NCBI GenBank assembly: GCA_045544855.1
Contig: JAZPZV010000042.1
Coordinates: forward strand, 16,399 to 80,398
Source: Eubacteriales bacterium
Lineage (GTDB): Bacteria; Bacillota; Clostridia; Oscillospirales; CAG-382
Direction: 5' to 3'
Length of the DNA: 64,000 nt
The notes under the pieces are model-generated. The model was not told the origin of the DNA, ran no database searches, and was given only the letters and a program-made list of their open reading frames with translations. Position numbers and translations under genes: made by a program. Each line of letters opens with the position of its first letter. The first letter of the stretch is position 1. This document shows, piece after piece, positions 54,801-62,201 of the stretch.

Positions 54801-55181
54801 CTCTAAATCGCTGATACGCACCTGATAGTCCGCAGCCATCTTTTCGATGTGCTCCAGATTGGCATCGTTAGCATATACGTCACGGATGGTAGTTCCCTCA
54901 GGCAAGGTCAGCTTGGCAAACCGCCCATCCTTGGTGATGCGCAGCTCTGCCCCCAAAAGGGTAGCAAGCTCCTCAGCATTGGCCTTTGAGGTCTGGTTCA
55001 GCACAATACTCTGCTCGTCGTACGTGCCAAGATCGCGCTCCAATTCCTCCAAAGCTTCATTCCGCAACTCCTCAAGCCGAGAAGTCTGCACCACTTGATG
55101 AATCAACACAGCCGTAATAGCCGTGGTAATCAGTACAAGGGCCAGTATGATCGCAAGAACGATCCTTCCTTTGCGTGTCAT
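42828..55181 (-). CDS. Giant (4117 aa) surface protein: signal anchor + subtilisin-like S8 protease + Listeria/Bacteroides-type repeat + >100 BspA-type LRRs + ~13 Cys/His modules + C-terminal dockerin
   Basis: One uninterrupted 12,354-nt frame. RBS GGAGG. Domain evidence is given in the sub-features. Confidence 0.85.
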   Translation of the reverse strand: MTRKGRIVLAIILALVLITTAITAVLIHQVVQTSRLEELRNEALEELERDLGTYDEQSIVLNQTSKANAEELATLLGAELRITKDGRFAKLTLPEGTTIRDVYANDANLEHIEKMAADYQVRISDLETEEETTGERLPTRPTYSVSDTDYELQTYLDYLNMKDVWSSYTGWGVTVAVIDTGIDTDHPEFAGRISEYSYNATEDKIVKDWTDENGNYDWSLIEDEQGHGTAVTGVLAASMNGDGIVGIAPNVNIIVIKAECDENGTFKRSSDLVFGLYYAIERDVQVINMSFGTYEASNPFAAATQLAVDSDIVCVAAAGNDGTSSLMYPAADPNVIGVGALAADSWELADYSNYGENVDVVAPGTIYTAQMGGDYGTMNGTSLSSPVVAGAVSLFMQNNPYIMVEDVTEVLYASSFDLGDLGRDWTYGFGALDMNAFLLEERRIITFDMLTDELENDEALFIKGHTLQELPEPERLYAVFDGWYYDDTFTQEYVYYEDKFYDDITLYAKWVNEDDGVPFTYVELEDGTIEIRSYTGRRRFITIPEKINGKIVSSIGEFAFAGQTRLREVGLPSGLTTIKWYAFQGCSNLVSMYIPENVTSIGEYAFVDNIRLSTIAFTGVSKLKTVGNYAFSGCGKLRTIELPAALESINATAFLGDISLYEIKVQAGNAYFTAPDGVLYNATQSTLVAYPAARGRTYALPEQTISIADCAFAYARIDEVDLNQVQTIGGSAFEGSTLETLFLPDSVVEMGGGSFVGNVELSSVHIGSGLTEIADDAFSGCSSLHKIEIPAQVVSIGSGAFEKSGLVSVTFASDSRLQSIGETAFSSCSIREISIPASVVLIDDGAFENNPLSRVTFPENSELFTIGDSAFFGCYLPAITLPQKLNSIGDMAFAATGLETVSIPASVTYLGDGVFAYCSSLTDIIIEAGNTVYHDLDGIVYTLDNVTICAFPAGKNIDTYSLESTVRTIQSYSFAGTVYLRHVNIPEGLSIINEYAFIDCGASTYTLPSTLTNIMEGAFCQNRNLSSIQFPEALVQIAEYAFYRCSSLPYVHIPDNVLQIGRYAFAEDWNLGSITFGENAKIPRLSYGAFAYTGLRSFTVPANVSTMAQGVFVGCPWLSSVTFAENSKLESISAYMFDGCTNLQSITFMPGSKLTSIQAHGLEGMDNLTSVDFGDAKLENIDNFAFRFCYRLRTLNLPSTVKNVGRYAFYGCKSLSELSLPESLEHIGSYAFLGTNDLDLYLASETMPAYLDENWDHGIRGYYTGVTNVETVGDYKYATLTSGNIAIIEYLGTDKTVDLTTVNLGAPISVIGGSAFEDSTVETIVLPETLTSIQAEAFQYAPLKSIAIPASVTFIGREAFAYSAIESLTFAENASLATIEQYAFERTDKLTSVAIPASVTTLGTGVFQKSSISSVTFEKGIALEEIPRNAFMGTKLTTVTLPDGMKTVNHNAFRDILTLKTVSFGNSGGIRLLSNVFYNTGLESLHIPANVTYIGEYCFVGLEKLSSITVDENNPNYKSVDGLLLTKSGRKLVTVPAGRTGSLTVPISVEEIGFGAFENTALDEVLFDPNANILTFGYRAFFGAKNLTAIHVPASVVSIDYYAFAYCEKLQTVTFAEGNKLKGIYEGAFCGDINLENLVIPDAIVEISDFAFYGCTKINKLPLSENNAVKGIYDYAFAYTSIGGEFTTPETLIDIGPYAFLGTKITKLTIPDTNQWDLIIGIGAFEECNRLTEVTLPFIGASYEDEELSWFGYIFGAGSYVANQTYVPTSLKTVTITDGITFVGLYGFYNCSTLETINVPHSVSALWNDAFKGTTAKYELTNTITTYWQSGYFVYPEARSGHFGVGITGSVVFADGVTSIDGAFSGCSSLTGVVISGSVTEIGWSVFSGCSSLTNVVIPEGVTSIGYSAFYGCSSLTSIVIPDSVTSIGYSAFYGCSSLTSILIPNGVTSIGDWAFYNCSSLTGIVIPEGVTEIGGYVFSGCSSLTSAVIPNSVTSIGDGAFSGCSSLTDVVIPDSVTSIGEHAFQNCSSLTSVVIPEGVTSIGEYAFSYCSSLTSVVIQEGVTSIGEYAFSYCSSLTSVVIQEGVTSIGHYAFYNCSSLTSIVLPDSVTSIGDGAFSGCSSLTDVVIPDSVTSIGNNAFSGCSSLTSVVIPEGVTEIGSYAFDGCSSLTSVVIPDSVTSIGRDAFRGCSSLTDVVIPGSVTSIGDGAFSGCSSLTDVVIPDSVTSIDFGAFSNCRSLTSVVIPEGVTSIGEYAFSYCRSLTSVVIPEGVTSIGNGAFAGCSSLTSIVIPDSVTSIGSGAFSGCNILSIYNNSSLPIDFSGGYGNIADKALMIVDAAGNAFYRADGNEYFLTDDQFLFAVSKDYEGKDFYMLVGYFGDESTVTLPLTINGFVYTIINFRGATHMVIPEGVTSIGDDAFSGCSSLTSVVIPDSVTSIGDDAFSGCSSLTGVVIPNSVTSIGDWAFDGCSSLTSVVIPDSVTSIGYSAFKGCSALTSVVIPNSVTSIGDWAFRGCSSLTDVVIPDSVTSIGFGAFQNCSSLTSVVIPEGVTSIGDSAFDGCEQLRELIITGDIPQMGGDVFPIHTTISFTQLDKYRVIDGIVYSLDLSNILYVAPNVTTVSIPQGVTSIRSYAFSGCSSLASIVIPDSVTLIGNSAFSSCSSLTSVIIPDGVTSIGYSAFYGCSSLTSIVIPDSVTSIGSSAFYGCSSLTGIVIPDSVTSIGDWAFGGCSSLTSIVIPEGVTSIGYSAFKGCSSLTGIVIPDSVTSIGDWAFDGCSSLTGVVIPEGVISIGYSAFCGCSSLTSVVIPDSVTSIGQDAFRGCSSLTGVVIPDSVTSIGYSAFEGCSSLTSVVIPNGVTEIYGGFQNCSSLTSVVIPDSVSYIGGGAFAGCENLREVIFKGGIPRMERNVFPSCTTITFAQLDKYHVIDGVVYDSDLTCILYVSPNITTVSIPNGVTSIGDGAFYNCSSLTSIVIPDSVTSIGDDAFYGCSSLTGVVIPDSVTSIGDWAFYNCSSLTSVVIPDSVTEIGSSAFYNCSSLTSVVIPDSVTEIGSSAFYNCSSLTSVVIPEGVTEIGSYAFDGGSSLTSVVIRDSVTSIGFGAFQNCSSLTSVVIPEGVTEIGSYAFSRCNILLVYNNSSLPIGFGEEYGGIAYNALIIVDATGNVLCRDDGNEYLVTEEKFLFAIEKDYEGNDIYVLRAYLGEESTVTLPLTINGFVYTIRNFRGATHVVIPEGFTSIDSNAFRGCSNLTSIVIPDSVTSIGSSAFFNCSGLTDVVIPGSVTEIGNVAFCNCSSLTSVVISKGVTSIGFSAFEGCNSLTSVVIPDSVTSIGDDAFSGCDELYNNPLYYKNGCLLIDGCLLDVDQHTKYLPNIKSIRLVADSVFYGRHLLKNAINTLDGTSNVETLILTKFIRGVLNSNTSVLKNVVITDRVDPMALRENLYIFNGVSGITIFVEFLEEDLRWDDNFPGWNNGNRVYYADQWSWVYFYDENGNVLYCEPRLNSAIVRRPVYEPLSDAQYTAELIGWDLDGDGLPDPIPATTAVPLDAVAVIQKTVKNYTVTFRDSVTDEIYLVQTLPYGATVELPADPVLLDYVFVEWQNYVENMTVTGDLELIAVWHQHELVTVPKREATCTANGWEEYQKCRYCEYSTYVEIPKLGHDLTKHGAKAPTCLDIGWQEYEECSRCNYSTYIEIPPTGHTYEIVDTVAPTCTENGYNVYECHCGDSYYADYVWSTGHAYSSVETPPTCTEEGYVTNICHCGDQYIAYYIGALGHDMGAGYVEKEPTCTEQGQERIDCSRCDYYYTQSISQIPHVYESIVTKPTCTEGGYTTYTCHCGDSYVSDKVSATGHDYHATVTPPTCTEKGYSTHTCHCGDFYIGDYTPAVGHNWDSGEVTVEPTEETTGTKVFTCTTCGETETETLPRLDHVHKYEGVVTEPTCTEQGYTTYTCRCGDSYVADRVNAKDHAFDEWYTVTEATCTVDGLERRDCKNCDHFETNTISATGHSYNAFVTKPTCTEEGYTTYTCECGDSYVSDYVEPAGHTWSDWYDVAPGVEERSCETCGETESRDKTPDFDVDGNGTVEEADLTLLMSILVGNAETDVVFDFDFDGELTIYDGVLLMQQIQ
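42831..42995 (-). other. Type-I dockerin-like module (two Ca-binding repeats)
   Basis: [22 protein letters not shown] and [21 protein letters not shown]. Confidence 0.7.
43020..44345 (-). other. About 13 tandem ~35-40-aa Cys/His modules (GH-x-PTCTE-x-GY-x3-C-x-CGD-x-Y)
   Basis: Examples: [32 protein letters not shown] and [27 protein letters not shown]. Confidence 0.7.
45170..49640 (-). repeat. Near-identical 69-nt (23-aa) coding repeats of the LRR array, interrupted by two pairs of paralogous non-LRR inserts
   Basis: Unit [23 protein letters not shown]. The 69-nt period is visible, for example GTCAAACTGCTGC at 45868 and 45937. Inserts: X at 45508-45810 and 47968-48270, Y at 46338-46535 and 47318-47510. 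Confidence 0.85.
49640..53564 (-). other. Divergent BspA-type LRR region
   Basis: Degenerate units such as [24 protein letters not shown] and [22 protein letters not shown]. Confidence 0.75.
53877..54689 (-). other. Peptidase S8 catalytic domain
   Basis: Asp in VAVIDTGID (codon 54645-54647), His in [10 protein letters not shown] (54501-54503), Ser in [11 protein letters not shown] (54036-54038). Confidence 0.85.
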
Positions 55182-55232
55182 AGAACACCTCCGAAATAAA
55201 AAAATCCCTCAGGACGTTATCGTAGCATAATG

Positions 55233-55261
55233 ATTTTATCATGTTGTTAACATTCTGTCAA
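55233..55261 (-). promoter_or_regulatory. Promoter candidate for the giant gene
   Basis: The minus strand reads TTGACA-17 nt-TAAAAT, about 50 nt upstream of the start. A second TTGACA lies at 55301-55306. Confidence 0.6.
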
Positions 55262-55457
55262 CACTTTTACGTACAAATAGTGAAATGTAACAAAAACATT
55301 GTCAATTTACTTGCCCACTCTCCCTGTTCATATTCGCGAGGAGGTTGCTTTTCGTCATACAGAGCGCTCCCGTAAAACTTCCACTTCCCCGACTTCCATT
55401 TTTGAAACCTTTGCAGCGTCCGGAAAGTCAAAAGTTCCATAAAACTGCCACGCAAGC

Positions 55458-55483
55458 GAAAAAAAGAAGCCGCTCCCGGCTTC
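55458..55483 (-). terminator. Terminator after the PepSY gene
   Basis: The minus strand reads GAAGCCG-GGAG-CGGCTTC followed by T8. Confidence 0.75.
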
Positions 55484-55495
55484 TCTTTGATGTGT

Positions 55496-56083
55496 TTAGT
55501 CGTCCCAGTCCAGCTCCTGCTTTAAGATCTTACCGTCGGAAACGCGGATCTCGTATTCATACTCGTATCCGCCGTGGTCAAAGTCGATCTCGTAGAGGGT
55601 GACGCCACGGTCGATATCCTTTTCCACCCGCAGGCGAGTGACCTGCTCTGCGGTGAGCCCTGCGTGAGCGAGGGCGATGGCAACCGCTTCCTCCTCCGTC
55701 AGCTCCCCGGTCTCCTCCTTGGGAGGCTCTGCGGGAGGCTCGGGGACGGCGGGGGTCTCCGGCTGCTTGGCGGGCTTTTCCTGCTCGCTCTTCTGCTTTA
55801 AGATCTCTCCCGTGGTGGCATCGATCTCAAAGTCGTACTCCGTGGTTTCGTGTCGGAGCTCCACCTCCCAGACCTGCACGCCACGCTCGTAGTCAAGCTC
55901 CGAACGCTCAAAGCGCACTTGGTCACGGGTGAGTCCCAGGGATTCCAGAGCGATGGTCTCGGCTTGCTCTGCTGTCAGTGCTGCGGAAGAGACTTCCCAG
56001 CTTTCCAAGGCGAGTGCCGCAAGGGCAACGCCGCCAAGGCACAGGATCACAGTCAGCAAAGCGGCAAAAAGTTTTTTCATCAT
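55496..56083 (-). CDS. Secreted/anchored protein with two PepSY domains
   Basis: Signal/TM segment MMKKLFAALLTVILCLGGVALAALA. Two units (..VQVWEVELRHETTEYDFEIDATTGEILK and ..VTLYEIDFDHGGYEYEYEIRVSDGKILK) are separated by a P/E linker. Confidence 0.8.
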   Translation of the reverse strand: MMKKLFAALLTVILCLGGVALAALALESWEVSSAALTAEQAETIALESLGLTRDQVRFERSELDYERGVQVWEVELRHETTEYDFEIDATTGEILKQKSEQEKPAKQPETPAVPEPPAEPPKEETGELTEEEAVAIALAHAGLTAEQVTRLRVEKDIDRGVTLYEIDFDHGGYEYEYEIRVSDGKILKQELDWDD

Positions 56084-56157
56084 GTTTCCTCCATTTTTGT
56101 CGGGTCGTTGGCTGTTTGGTGCTTACGTAAAACCGCAAGCATACTTATAAAAAGGAA

Positions 56158-56451
56158 TCAATCGTCCCAATCGGCATCCAGGATTTTACCGTCGGAAGCG
56201 CGGACGGTGTACTCATACTCGGTGCGACCTTCGCGGAACTCGATCTCGTATACCAACGTGCCGTCGTCGTGATCCAAATGGGCGTTCACGTAGGAAACCT
56301 GCTCGTTGGTCAGTCCTGCGTCCCCCAAGGCGATGGCGATGGCTTGCTCTTCCGTCAGCTCGGGGGTGAAAACTTGATAAAGCACAATGCCCACGGCGGC
56401 TACGATCAAACAGATGGCGACGATAGAGATGATCAGTATTTTTTTGGACAT
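56158..56451 (-). CDS. Membrane-anchored single-PepSY-domain protein
   Basis: TM segment ILIISIVAICLIVAAVGIVLY, then LTEEQAIAIALGDAG..GTLVYEIEFREGRTEYEYTVRASDGKIL. Confidence 0.8.
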   Translation of the reverse strand: MSKKILIISIVAICLIVAAVGIVLYQVFTPELTEEQAIAIALGDAGLTNEQVSYVNAHLDHDDGTLVYEIEFREGRTEYEYTVRASDGKILDADWDD

Positions 56452-56479
56452 GGTCGACTTCCTTTCTTTTGCTTGATAG

Positions 56480-56521
56480 AAAAAGGCAGGAACAGCTCAT
56501 AGCCGCTCCTGCCGTTTTTTT
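56480..56521. terminator. Bidirectional terminator between rubredoxin and the PepSY gene
   Basis: A5-GGCAGGA-N15-TCCTGCC-G-T7. Confidence 0.65.
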
Positions 56522-56586
56522 GAATGTACACTCGGCAGGGTCGAAAATCGTTTTCTAATCGATGTCGGGTGTATAGAATTGTGTGT

Positions 56587-56739
56587 TTACGCTTCTTCGA
56601 ATACGCTCTTGTCCAAACCGCAGACGGGGCAAACCCAATCCTCGGGAACCTCTTCCCAGGGGGTGCCGGGGGCAATGCCGTTATCCGGGTCGCCTACAGC
56701 GGGGTCGTATTCATAGCCGCAGGGGCAAATGTATTTCAT
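56587..56739 (-). CDS. Rubredoxin (50 aa; below the ORF-track size cutoff) with an atypical first knuckle C-P-C
   Basis: The minus strand translates to [59 protein letters not shown]. Aligns with classical rubredoxins except CxxCGY is replaced by CPCGY. Confidence 0.8.
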   Translation of the reverse strand: MKYICPCGYEYDPAVGDPDNGIAPGTPWEEVPEDWVCPVCGLDKSVFEEA

Positions 56740-56760
56740 AGTCGTTTCTCCTATGTTGAA

Positions 56761-57306
56761 TTAGTTGAAGTATCTCTTCAGCAGACCCTCGAATGCCTTG
56801 CCGTGTCTTGCCTCGTCGCGAGCCATTTCGTGAACGGTGTCGTGGATAGCGTCCAGACCCAGCTCCTTAGCCATCTTAGCCAGCTCGAACTTACCTGCGG
56901 TAGCGCCGTTCTCGGCCTCTACACGGAGCTCCAGGTTCTTCTTGGTGCTGTCGGTGATCACCTCGCCCAGAAGCTCTGCAAACTTAGCAGCGTGCTCAGC
57001 CTCTTCCAGAGCGGCCTTCTCCCAGTACAGACCGATCTCGGGGTAGCCCTCGCGATGAGCAACTCTTGCCATAGCCAGGTACATACCAACCTCGGTGCAT
57101 TCGCCTACGAAGTTCTCGCGCAGGCCGTCGATGATCTCCTGGGGAGCGCCGTTGGCAACGCCTACGATATGCTCTGCGGCCCAGGTCATTTCGTTGGCAA
57201 CCTGCTCAACGAATCTCTCGCCGGGAACCTTACAGATGGGGCACTTTTCGGGGGCGGAATCGCCTTCGTGAACATAACCGCAAACGGGACATACAAATTT
57301 CTTCAT
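56761..57306 (-). CDS. rbr: Reverse rubrerythrin (N-terminal rubredoxin-like domain + ferritin-like diiron domain)
   Basis: RBS GGAGG before ATG 57306. [17 protein letters not shown] at the N-terminus, then [16 protein letters not shown] and ARDEARH-type diiron helices. Confidence 0.85.
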   Translation of the reverse strand: MKKFVCPVCGYVHEGDSAPEKCPICKVPGERFVEQVANEMTWAAEHIVGVANGAPQEIIDGLRENFVGECTEVGMYLAMARVAHREGYPEIGLYWEKAALEEAEHAAKFAELLGEVITDSTKKNLELRVEAENGATAGKFELAKMAKELGLDAIHDTVHEMARDEARHGKAFEGLLKRYFN

Positions 57307-57365
57307 AAATAGATCCTCCAAATTGTTTTTTAAAGTGTTAAGTGGTATCTCTTATTGACACGTTC

Positions 57366-57394
57366 ATTTTAGCAAGAAATTTCCCCATTGTCAA
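57366..57394 (-). promoter_or_regulatory. Promoter candidate for rbr-rubredoxin
   Basis: The minus strand reads TTGACA-17 nt-TAAAAT. Confidence 0.6.
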
Positions 57395-57496
57395 TAGGAT
57401 TCTTAAAAGTTTTTAAAATTAAGAATTATTCTTATTTTTGATTGCGTACAAAATGAACAAAACCTATTCGAAAGCAACAATTGTGGTAGTTTAGGG

Positions 57497-57525
57497 TTTA
57501 CAAACGGAAAACTATGTGTTATACT
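57497..57525 (+). promoter_or_regulatory. Promoter candidate for 57564-60296
   Basis: TTTACA-17 nt-TATACT with an extended -10 TG. Confidence 0.55.
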
Positions 57526-57563
57526 GCAATTGCTTAGAAATACAAAGAAAGCGGGAAAGCAGT

Positions 57564-60296
57564 ATGAAAGCAAGAAAATTTCTACTTGTATTGTTGACTG
57601 TGGTGATGTTATCTGCCGGGCTGATCATTTCAGCTAGCGCCATGCTCGGCGACGTCGACAACAACGGTAAAATCGACGCCAGAGACTATGCGATGGTCAA
57701 GCGTTACGTTCTCCATACCTTTTCGTTGACCGATGAGCAGCTCGCCGCCGCCGATATAGACGGTAACGGAAAGGTTCAGGCCATAGACTACGCAAAGATC
57801 AAGCGCCACATTTTGGGTACGTATAAAATCGTACAGCCTGAGGAACCCCACGTTCATTCTTTCAGTGAATGGGCTACCGTGAAAGAAGCAACTTGTACCG
57901 AGAATGGTTTGCAAGAACGTTCTTGTGTTTGCGATTTAAAAGAGACTCGTTCCTTTGGATATCATGGCAATTACGGTTATACTAGCCTTGCTGCAATATC
58001 CAATGGCAGCAAGATGCAGGCGCTTTATGATGAAATCGATAGAGTTGCGGTTGAATTTCACAGCAATACCAACCTGAATGCTGAAAACAACATAGTTGGA
58101 AAATTCAATTATAGTGCTTTCGGATTGACAGGCGAGGAGGCTATTGCCGTATGGAAAATATACAAAAATGATCATCCTCTGTATTACTGGATATCAGCAA
58201 CCGCAAATTATGATAGTACCGACTTAGTGTTGTTAACAGATGACATTTATGCTCAAGGTTCAGATCGCTTAGTATATAACGAAATTGTATACAATGGCAT
58301 TAAAGAATATGCCGAAGAAGTATCAAAAAAGGAAGATTCACCTTATCTTATAGCTTTAGCTTTCCATGATAAAATAATCCTTTCTATGGAATACGCCTAC
58401 GAATCTGACGGTTCGACTCCAGAAAACGATGCTTGGGCTCACAACATTCTTGGCGTATTTGAAAAGAAAACCGGCGTATGCGAAGCCTATGCAAAAACCT
58501 TCCAGTTGTTACTTAATTATTGTGGTGTTGATAACATATATGTTACGGGATATGCAACCGAGCCACATGCTTGGAATCTCGCAAAAATGGATGACGGCAG
58601 CTGGTATTGGTTTGATCTCACATGGGACGATAAATCCGACACCAACAGCAATACCCTTGATTGGACATGGGGTATTTGGTATAATTATTTCTGTGTAAAC
58701 GATACCAAAGATGTAGCGTCATATTACTGTTGGTCTTTGCCATATACTAATTTTTTGGACAATCATACACCCGAAACTCCTTTGGGTACAGGAATTGATT
58801 TCCTCTATTCACTTCCATCAAGAAGTAAAAACGAAACCATAACTAAACAGCACTATGCTTTGTCACAAATGGTCTTGCCTGATGAACAGGGGTTTACCGT
58901 TGACGGCATACTTTACAATGTCGCCGGATATAATACAGCGTTAGTAGCGAGCATAAATAGCTCGGGAAAAGTTGAAATCCCTGAAACAGTTACATATAAT
59001 GGCAGGACATATGAAGTTATCGCTGTTTATAATCTAGGCAACGGTATTACTTCTATCACTATTCCTAAAACAGTAAAATTTATTCCCGGTCCCTTGAACG
59101 GTAAACATTTAACAGATTTTATCGTGGATAAGGACAATCCGTATTTCACTGCAAAAGACGGCGTTTTATTTACCAAAAATCTATACACATTAATTGCCTA
59201 TCCTTTTGACAATCCGAGAACGGAGTACACTATACCTGATGAAGTGCACGATATTGCATATCCAGCGTTTGGGCTTTCACAATCTTCAGACGGCGGTGAC
59301 ACCTGTCATTATCTCTCTACCTTGATTTTGGGGGCCAATGTAAGTGGCGTTGGAAGAGATAACGCTGGTTGGGGTTACCGTGATAAAGAAATCGTCCTGG
59401 AAGATGACGAAGTATTTTTTGATCAGGCCGGATACATCACTGGATACTGGCCATATATATATAAGTCCTTAAAAGGCGAGCAAAAAACAATTGTTTCAGG
59501 AAATAATCCATATTATAACATAGAGGGGGGAGTATTATATTCAGATAATTGGATACTATGTGTTTTAGATCAATCCATAACAAAACTGCATATTACAGAA
59601 AACATTTCGGAGATTCCCTCTAACGTTTTTGAAGAGGCTCCCTTCCTAGAAGCAATAACAGTTGATCCCAATAATAAATGGTTTTTCGTATATGACAATG
59701 TCTTATACCGAGGATCAATTGGTAACCCAGAAGAACTTGTAGGAGTTCCCAGAGCGATAAAGGGAAGTATTGCAATCATCAATGGGCTATCGCAAATCCC
59801 TTCATGGTCTTTTAGCAACTGTACCAATCTGGTTAGCGTTACTATTCCAGCCAGCGTTAATAGTATTGGTTATTCTGCATTCACAAGTTGCACTTCTCTC
59901 CAAAGCGTAGTTATTCCTAACTCTGTGACTTTTATTGATAGTAATGCATTCCATAGTTGTTCTTCACTTGAGAGTATAACTTTGCCGGATGGTATTACAA
60001 GCATCCCGGTAGCGGCATTCTTAGGTTGTACATCGCTAAAAAGTATAACACTCCCTTCCTCTTTGATAAGTATAGGTGATGCTGCTTTTTGGGAGTGTAC
60101 TTCGCTAAGTAACATAGCAATTCCGGTTTCAGTTACACATATTGGGGAGCACGCAATTTTCAATTGCGTCCTATTAACAAGAATAAATTTCGAAGGAACA
60201 ATTGAACAGTGGAACGCAATTAACAAAGTCAGTTCTTGGGACGATGCAACCGGTAGTTACACCATCTACTGCACCGATGGCAACATCGCAAAATAA
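57564..60296 (+). CDS. Secreted protein: N-terminal dockerin + Cys module + transglutaminase-like cysteine-protease core + BspA-type LRRs
   Basis: Signal peptide MKARKFLLVLLTVVMLSAGLIISASA. Dockerin GDVDNNGKIDARDYAMVKRYVL..ADIDGNGKVQAIDYAKIKRHILG. ATCTENGLQERSCVCD. TGase core GVCEAYAKTF..EPHAWNL..WFDLTWDD. C-terminal [33 protein letters not shown] repeats. Confidence 0.8.
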   Translation: MKARKFLLVLLTVVMLSAGLIISASAMLGDVDNNGKIDARDYAMVKRYVLHTFSLTDEQLAAADIDGNGKVQAIDYAKIKRHILGTYKIVQPEEPHVHSFSEWATVKEATCTENGLQERSCVCDLKETRSFGYHGNYGYTSLAAISNGSKMQALYDEIDRVAVEFHSNTNLNAENNIVGKFNYSAFGLTGEEAIAVWKIYKNDHPLYYWISATANYDSTDLVLLTDDIYAQGSDRLVYNEIVYNGIKEYAEEVSKKEDSPYLIALAFHDKIILSMEYAYESDGSTPENDAWAHNILGVFEKKTGVCEAYAKTFQLLLNYCGVDNIYVTGYATEPHAWNLAKMDDGSWYWFDLTWDDKSDTNSNTLDWTWGIWYNYFCVNDTKDVASYYCWSLPYTNFLDNHTPETPLGTGIDFLYSLPSRSKNETITKQHYALSQMVLPDEQGFTVDGILYNVAGYNTALVASINSSGKVEIPETVTYNGRTYEVIAVYNLGNGITSITIPKTVKFIPGPLNGKHLTDFIVDKDNPYFTAKDGVLFTKNLYTLIAYPFDNPRTEYTIPDEVHDIAYPAFGLSQSSDGGDTCHYLSTLILGANVSGVGRDNAGWGYRDKEIVLEDDEVFFDQAGYITGYWPYIYKSLKGEQKTIVSGNNPYYNIEGGVLYSDNWILCVLDQSITKLHITENISEIPSNVFEEAPFLEAITVDPNNKWFFVYDNVLYRGSIGNPEELVGVPRAIKGSIAIINGLSQIPSWSFSNCTNLVSVTIPASVNSIGYSAFTSCTSLQSVVIPNSVTFIDSNAFHSCSSLESITLPDGITSIPVAAFLGCTSLKSITLPSSLISIGDAAFWECTSLSNIAIPVSVTHIGEHAIFNCVLLTRINFEGTIEQWNAINKVSSWDDATGSYTIYCTDGNIAK

Positions 60297-60371
60297 CGAA
60301 ATCAATAACCGCCGCACCCAACAAAGGGTGCGGCGGTTCTTTTCGCTCTATGTACTTATTATATCGATTGC

Positions 60372-62099
60372 TTATTGCTTGAACTGATGGTTATACAGGG
60401 TTGCGTACATACCGTTTTTGGCAAGAAGCTCCTCGTGGGTACCCCGTTCCTCCACGCCGTCGGCGGTAAGCACCACGATCTCGTCGGCGTTCTTCACGGT
60501 GGAAAGGCGGTGGGCGACCACCACAACGGTTCTGCCCTTGGAAAGCTCTTCCAGAGACTGCTGGAGCAGCATTTCCGTCACGTTGTCCAAAGCGGAGGTG
60601 GCCTCGTCCAGGATCAGGATGGGCGGGTTCTTCAAGAACACACGGGCGATGGAGATCCGCTGTTTCTGACCGCCGGAAAGCTTAATGCCACGTTCACCCA
60701 CGTTGGTGTCGTAGCCCTGCTCCAGGGTCATGATGTAATCGTGGATATTTGCCTTCTTGGCGGCCTCCATGATCTCTTCGTCGGTGGCGTCGGGGTTGCC
60801 GTAGGCGATGTTCTCGCGGATGGAGCAATTGAACAGGAACACGTCCTGAGCCACGATACCGATGGCGCGGCGGAGATCCTCACGCTTGAAGTCGCGGATA
60901 TCCACCCCGTCGATGGAGATGGTACCCTTTTCCAGCTCGTAGAAGCGGGGGATCAGATGGCACAGGGTGGTCTTACCGCCGCCGGAGGGACCTACCAAGG
61001 CAACGGTCTTGCCGCTTTCCAGCTCCAGAGACAGATCGTCGATGACGTACTTGTCCCCCTTCATCCCTTCCCCGTCGTAGCGGAAGGAGACGTGGTCGAA
61101 GGTGATGCGGCCGTCCACCTTGTCCTTTTTCACGGGGTTTTCCGGCTCGGTTTCCTGGGCCACCTCCATGATCTCACGGAAGCGGTGGAAGCCGGTCATG
61201 CCGTTTTGCATCTGCTCGATAAGAGCCACCAGGCTGTTGATGGGCTTAAGCACCATGGAGATATACAGCACGAAGGCGGCGAAGGAGCCGCTGTCGATCC
61301 AGCCGTTGTAGAAGAAGATACCACCTGCCGCCAAGGCGATGAGGTACAGCAGGTCGGACAAAAAGCCCATGCCGGAATGGAACTGCCCCATGGCCTTGTA
61401 GGAGTTACTGCGGACGTTGACGTATCTGCCGTTTTCCAGGTCGAACCGCTGATTTTCATGATCTGCGGAGACGTAGGCACGGGAGACGCGGATGCCAGCG
61501 ATGGAGGTCTCCACCTCGGCGTTCACCTCTGCGATCTGCTCACGGGATTCCTTGAAGGCCTTGTGCATTCTGCCCCGCATTTTCAGGGAGAACAGCACGA
61601 TCACGGGAACCATGGCGAAGATGATCAGCGCCAGAATGGGATTGATGGAGCCCATGATGGTAAAGGAACCGATGAACATCACCACGCACAGGAACAGGTT
61701 CTCCGGGCCGTGGTGGGCAAGCTCGGACACGTCAAACAGGTCGTTGATGATACGGGACATGATGTTGCCCGTTTTGTTCTCGTCAAAGAAGGAAAGGGGA
61801 AGCTTCTGCAGGTGGCGGAACATATCACGGCGCATATCCCCCTGCATACGGGTGCCCATCACGTGACCCATATACTGCACGAAGTAGTTCAGCAGCATTT
61901 TGGAAAGGTAGATCAGTAGCAGTGCCCCCAGCCAGATGATCAGCAGGCGTAGGTTGCGGTTGGGCACGTAGTCGTTGATGATGTTCCTGGCGATCATGGG
62001 GTAGAACAGGTCTGCCGCCGCAATCAGCAAAGAAGCCAGCATATCCAGGGCAAACAGCCCCTTATACGGCTTATAATAGGAAATAAAATGGCGAAGCAT
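60372..62099 (-). CDS. ABC exporter, fused permease/ATPase (MsbA/LmrA-like half transporter)
   Basis: RBS AAGGAGG before ATG 62099. Six N-terminal TM helices. GPSGGGKTT Walker A, LSGGQKQRISIAR signature, ILILDEATSALD Walker B. Confidence 0.9.
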   Translation of the reverse strand: MLRHFISYYKPYKGLFALDMLASLLIAAADLFYPMIARNIINDYVPNRNLRLLIIWLGALLLIYLSKMLLNYFVQYMGHVMGTRMQGDMRRDMFRHLQKLPLSFFDENKTGNIMSRIINDLFDVSELAHHGPENLFLCVVMFIGSFTIMGSINPILALIIFAMVPVIVLFSLKMRGRMHKAFKESREQIAEVNAEVETSIAGIRVSRAYVSADHENQRFDLENGRYVNVRSNSYKAMGQFHSGMGFLSDLLYLIALAAGGIFFYNGWIDSGSFAAFVLYISMVLKPINSLVALIEQMQNGMTGFHRFREIMEVAQETEPENPVKKDKVDGRITFDHVSFRYDGEGMKGDKYVIDDLSLELESGKTVALVGPSGGGKTTLCHLIPRFYELEKGTISIDGVDIRDFKREDLRRAIGIVAQDVFLFNCSIRENIAYGNPDATDEEIMEAAKKANIHDYIMTLEQGYDTNVGERGIKLSGGQKQRISIARVFLKNPPILILDEATSALDNVTEMLLQQSLEELSKGRTVVVVAHRLSTVKNADEIVVLTADGVEERGTHEELLAKNGMYATLYNHQFKQ

Positions 62100-62201
62100 G
62101 AAAAAGCCTCCTTTTTTGACACTTTCTTGCAGTATAGCAGATAATGTATCTTTTTGCAAGAGAAAAGGGCGCGTTTCCGCACCCTTTTTTCTAAAAATCG
62201 G

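Noticed and set aside
42601-55495. Search for integrase, transposase, IS ends or phage genes that would explain the giant-gene cassette and the AT-rich island
   Set aside because: No such ORF or terminal inverted repeat was found in any frame. Only the PepSY 3'-end direct repeats were seen, so no mobile_element feature is called.
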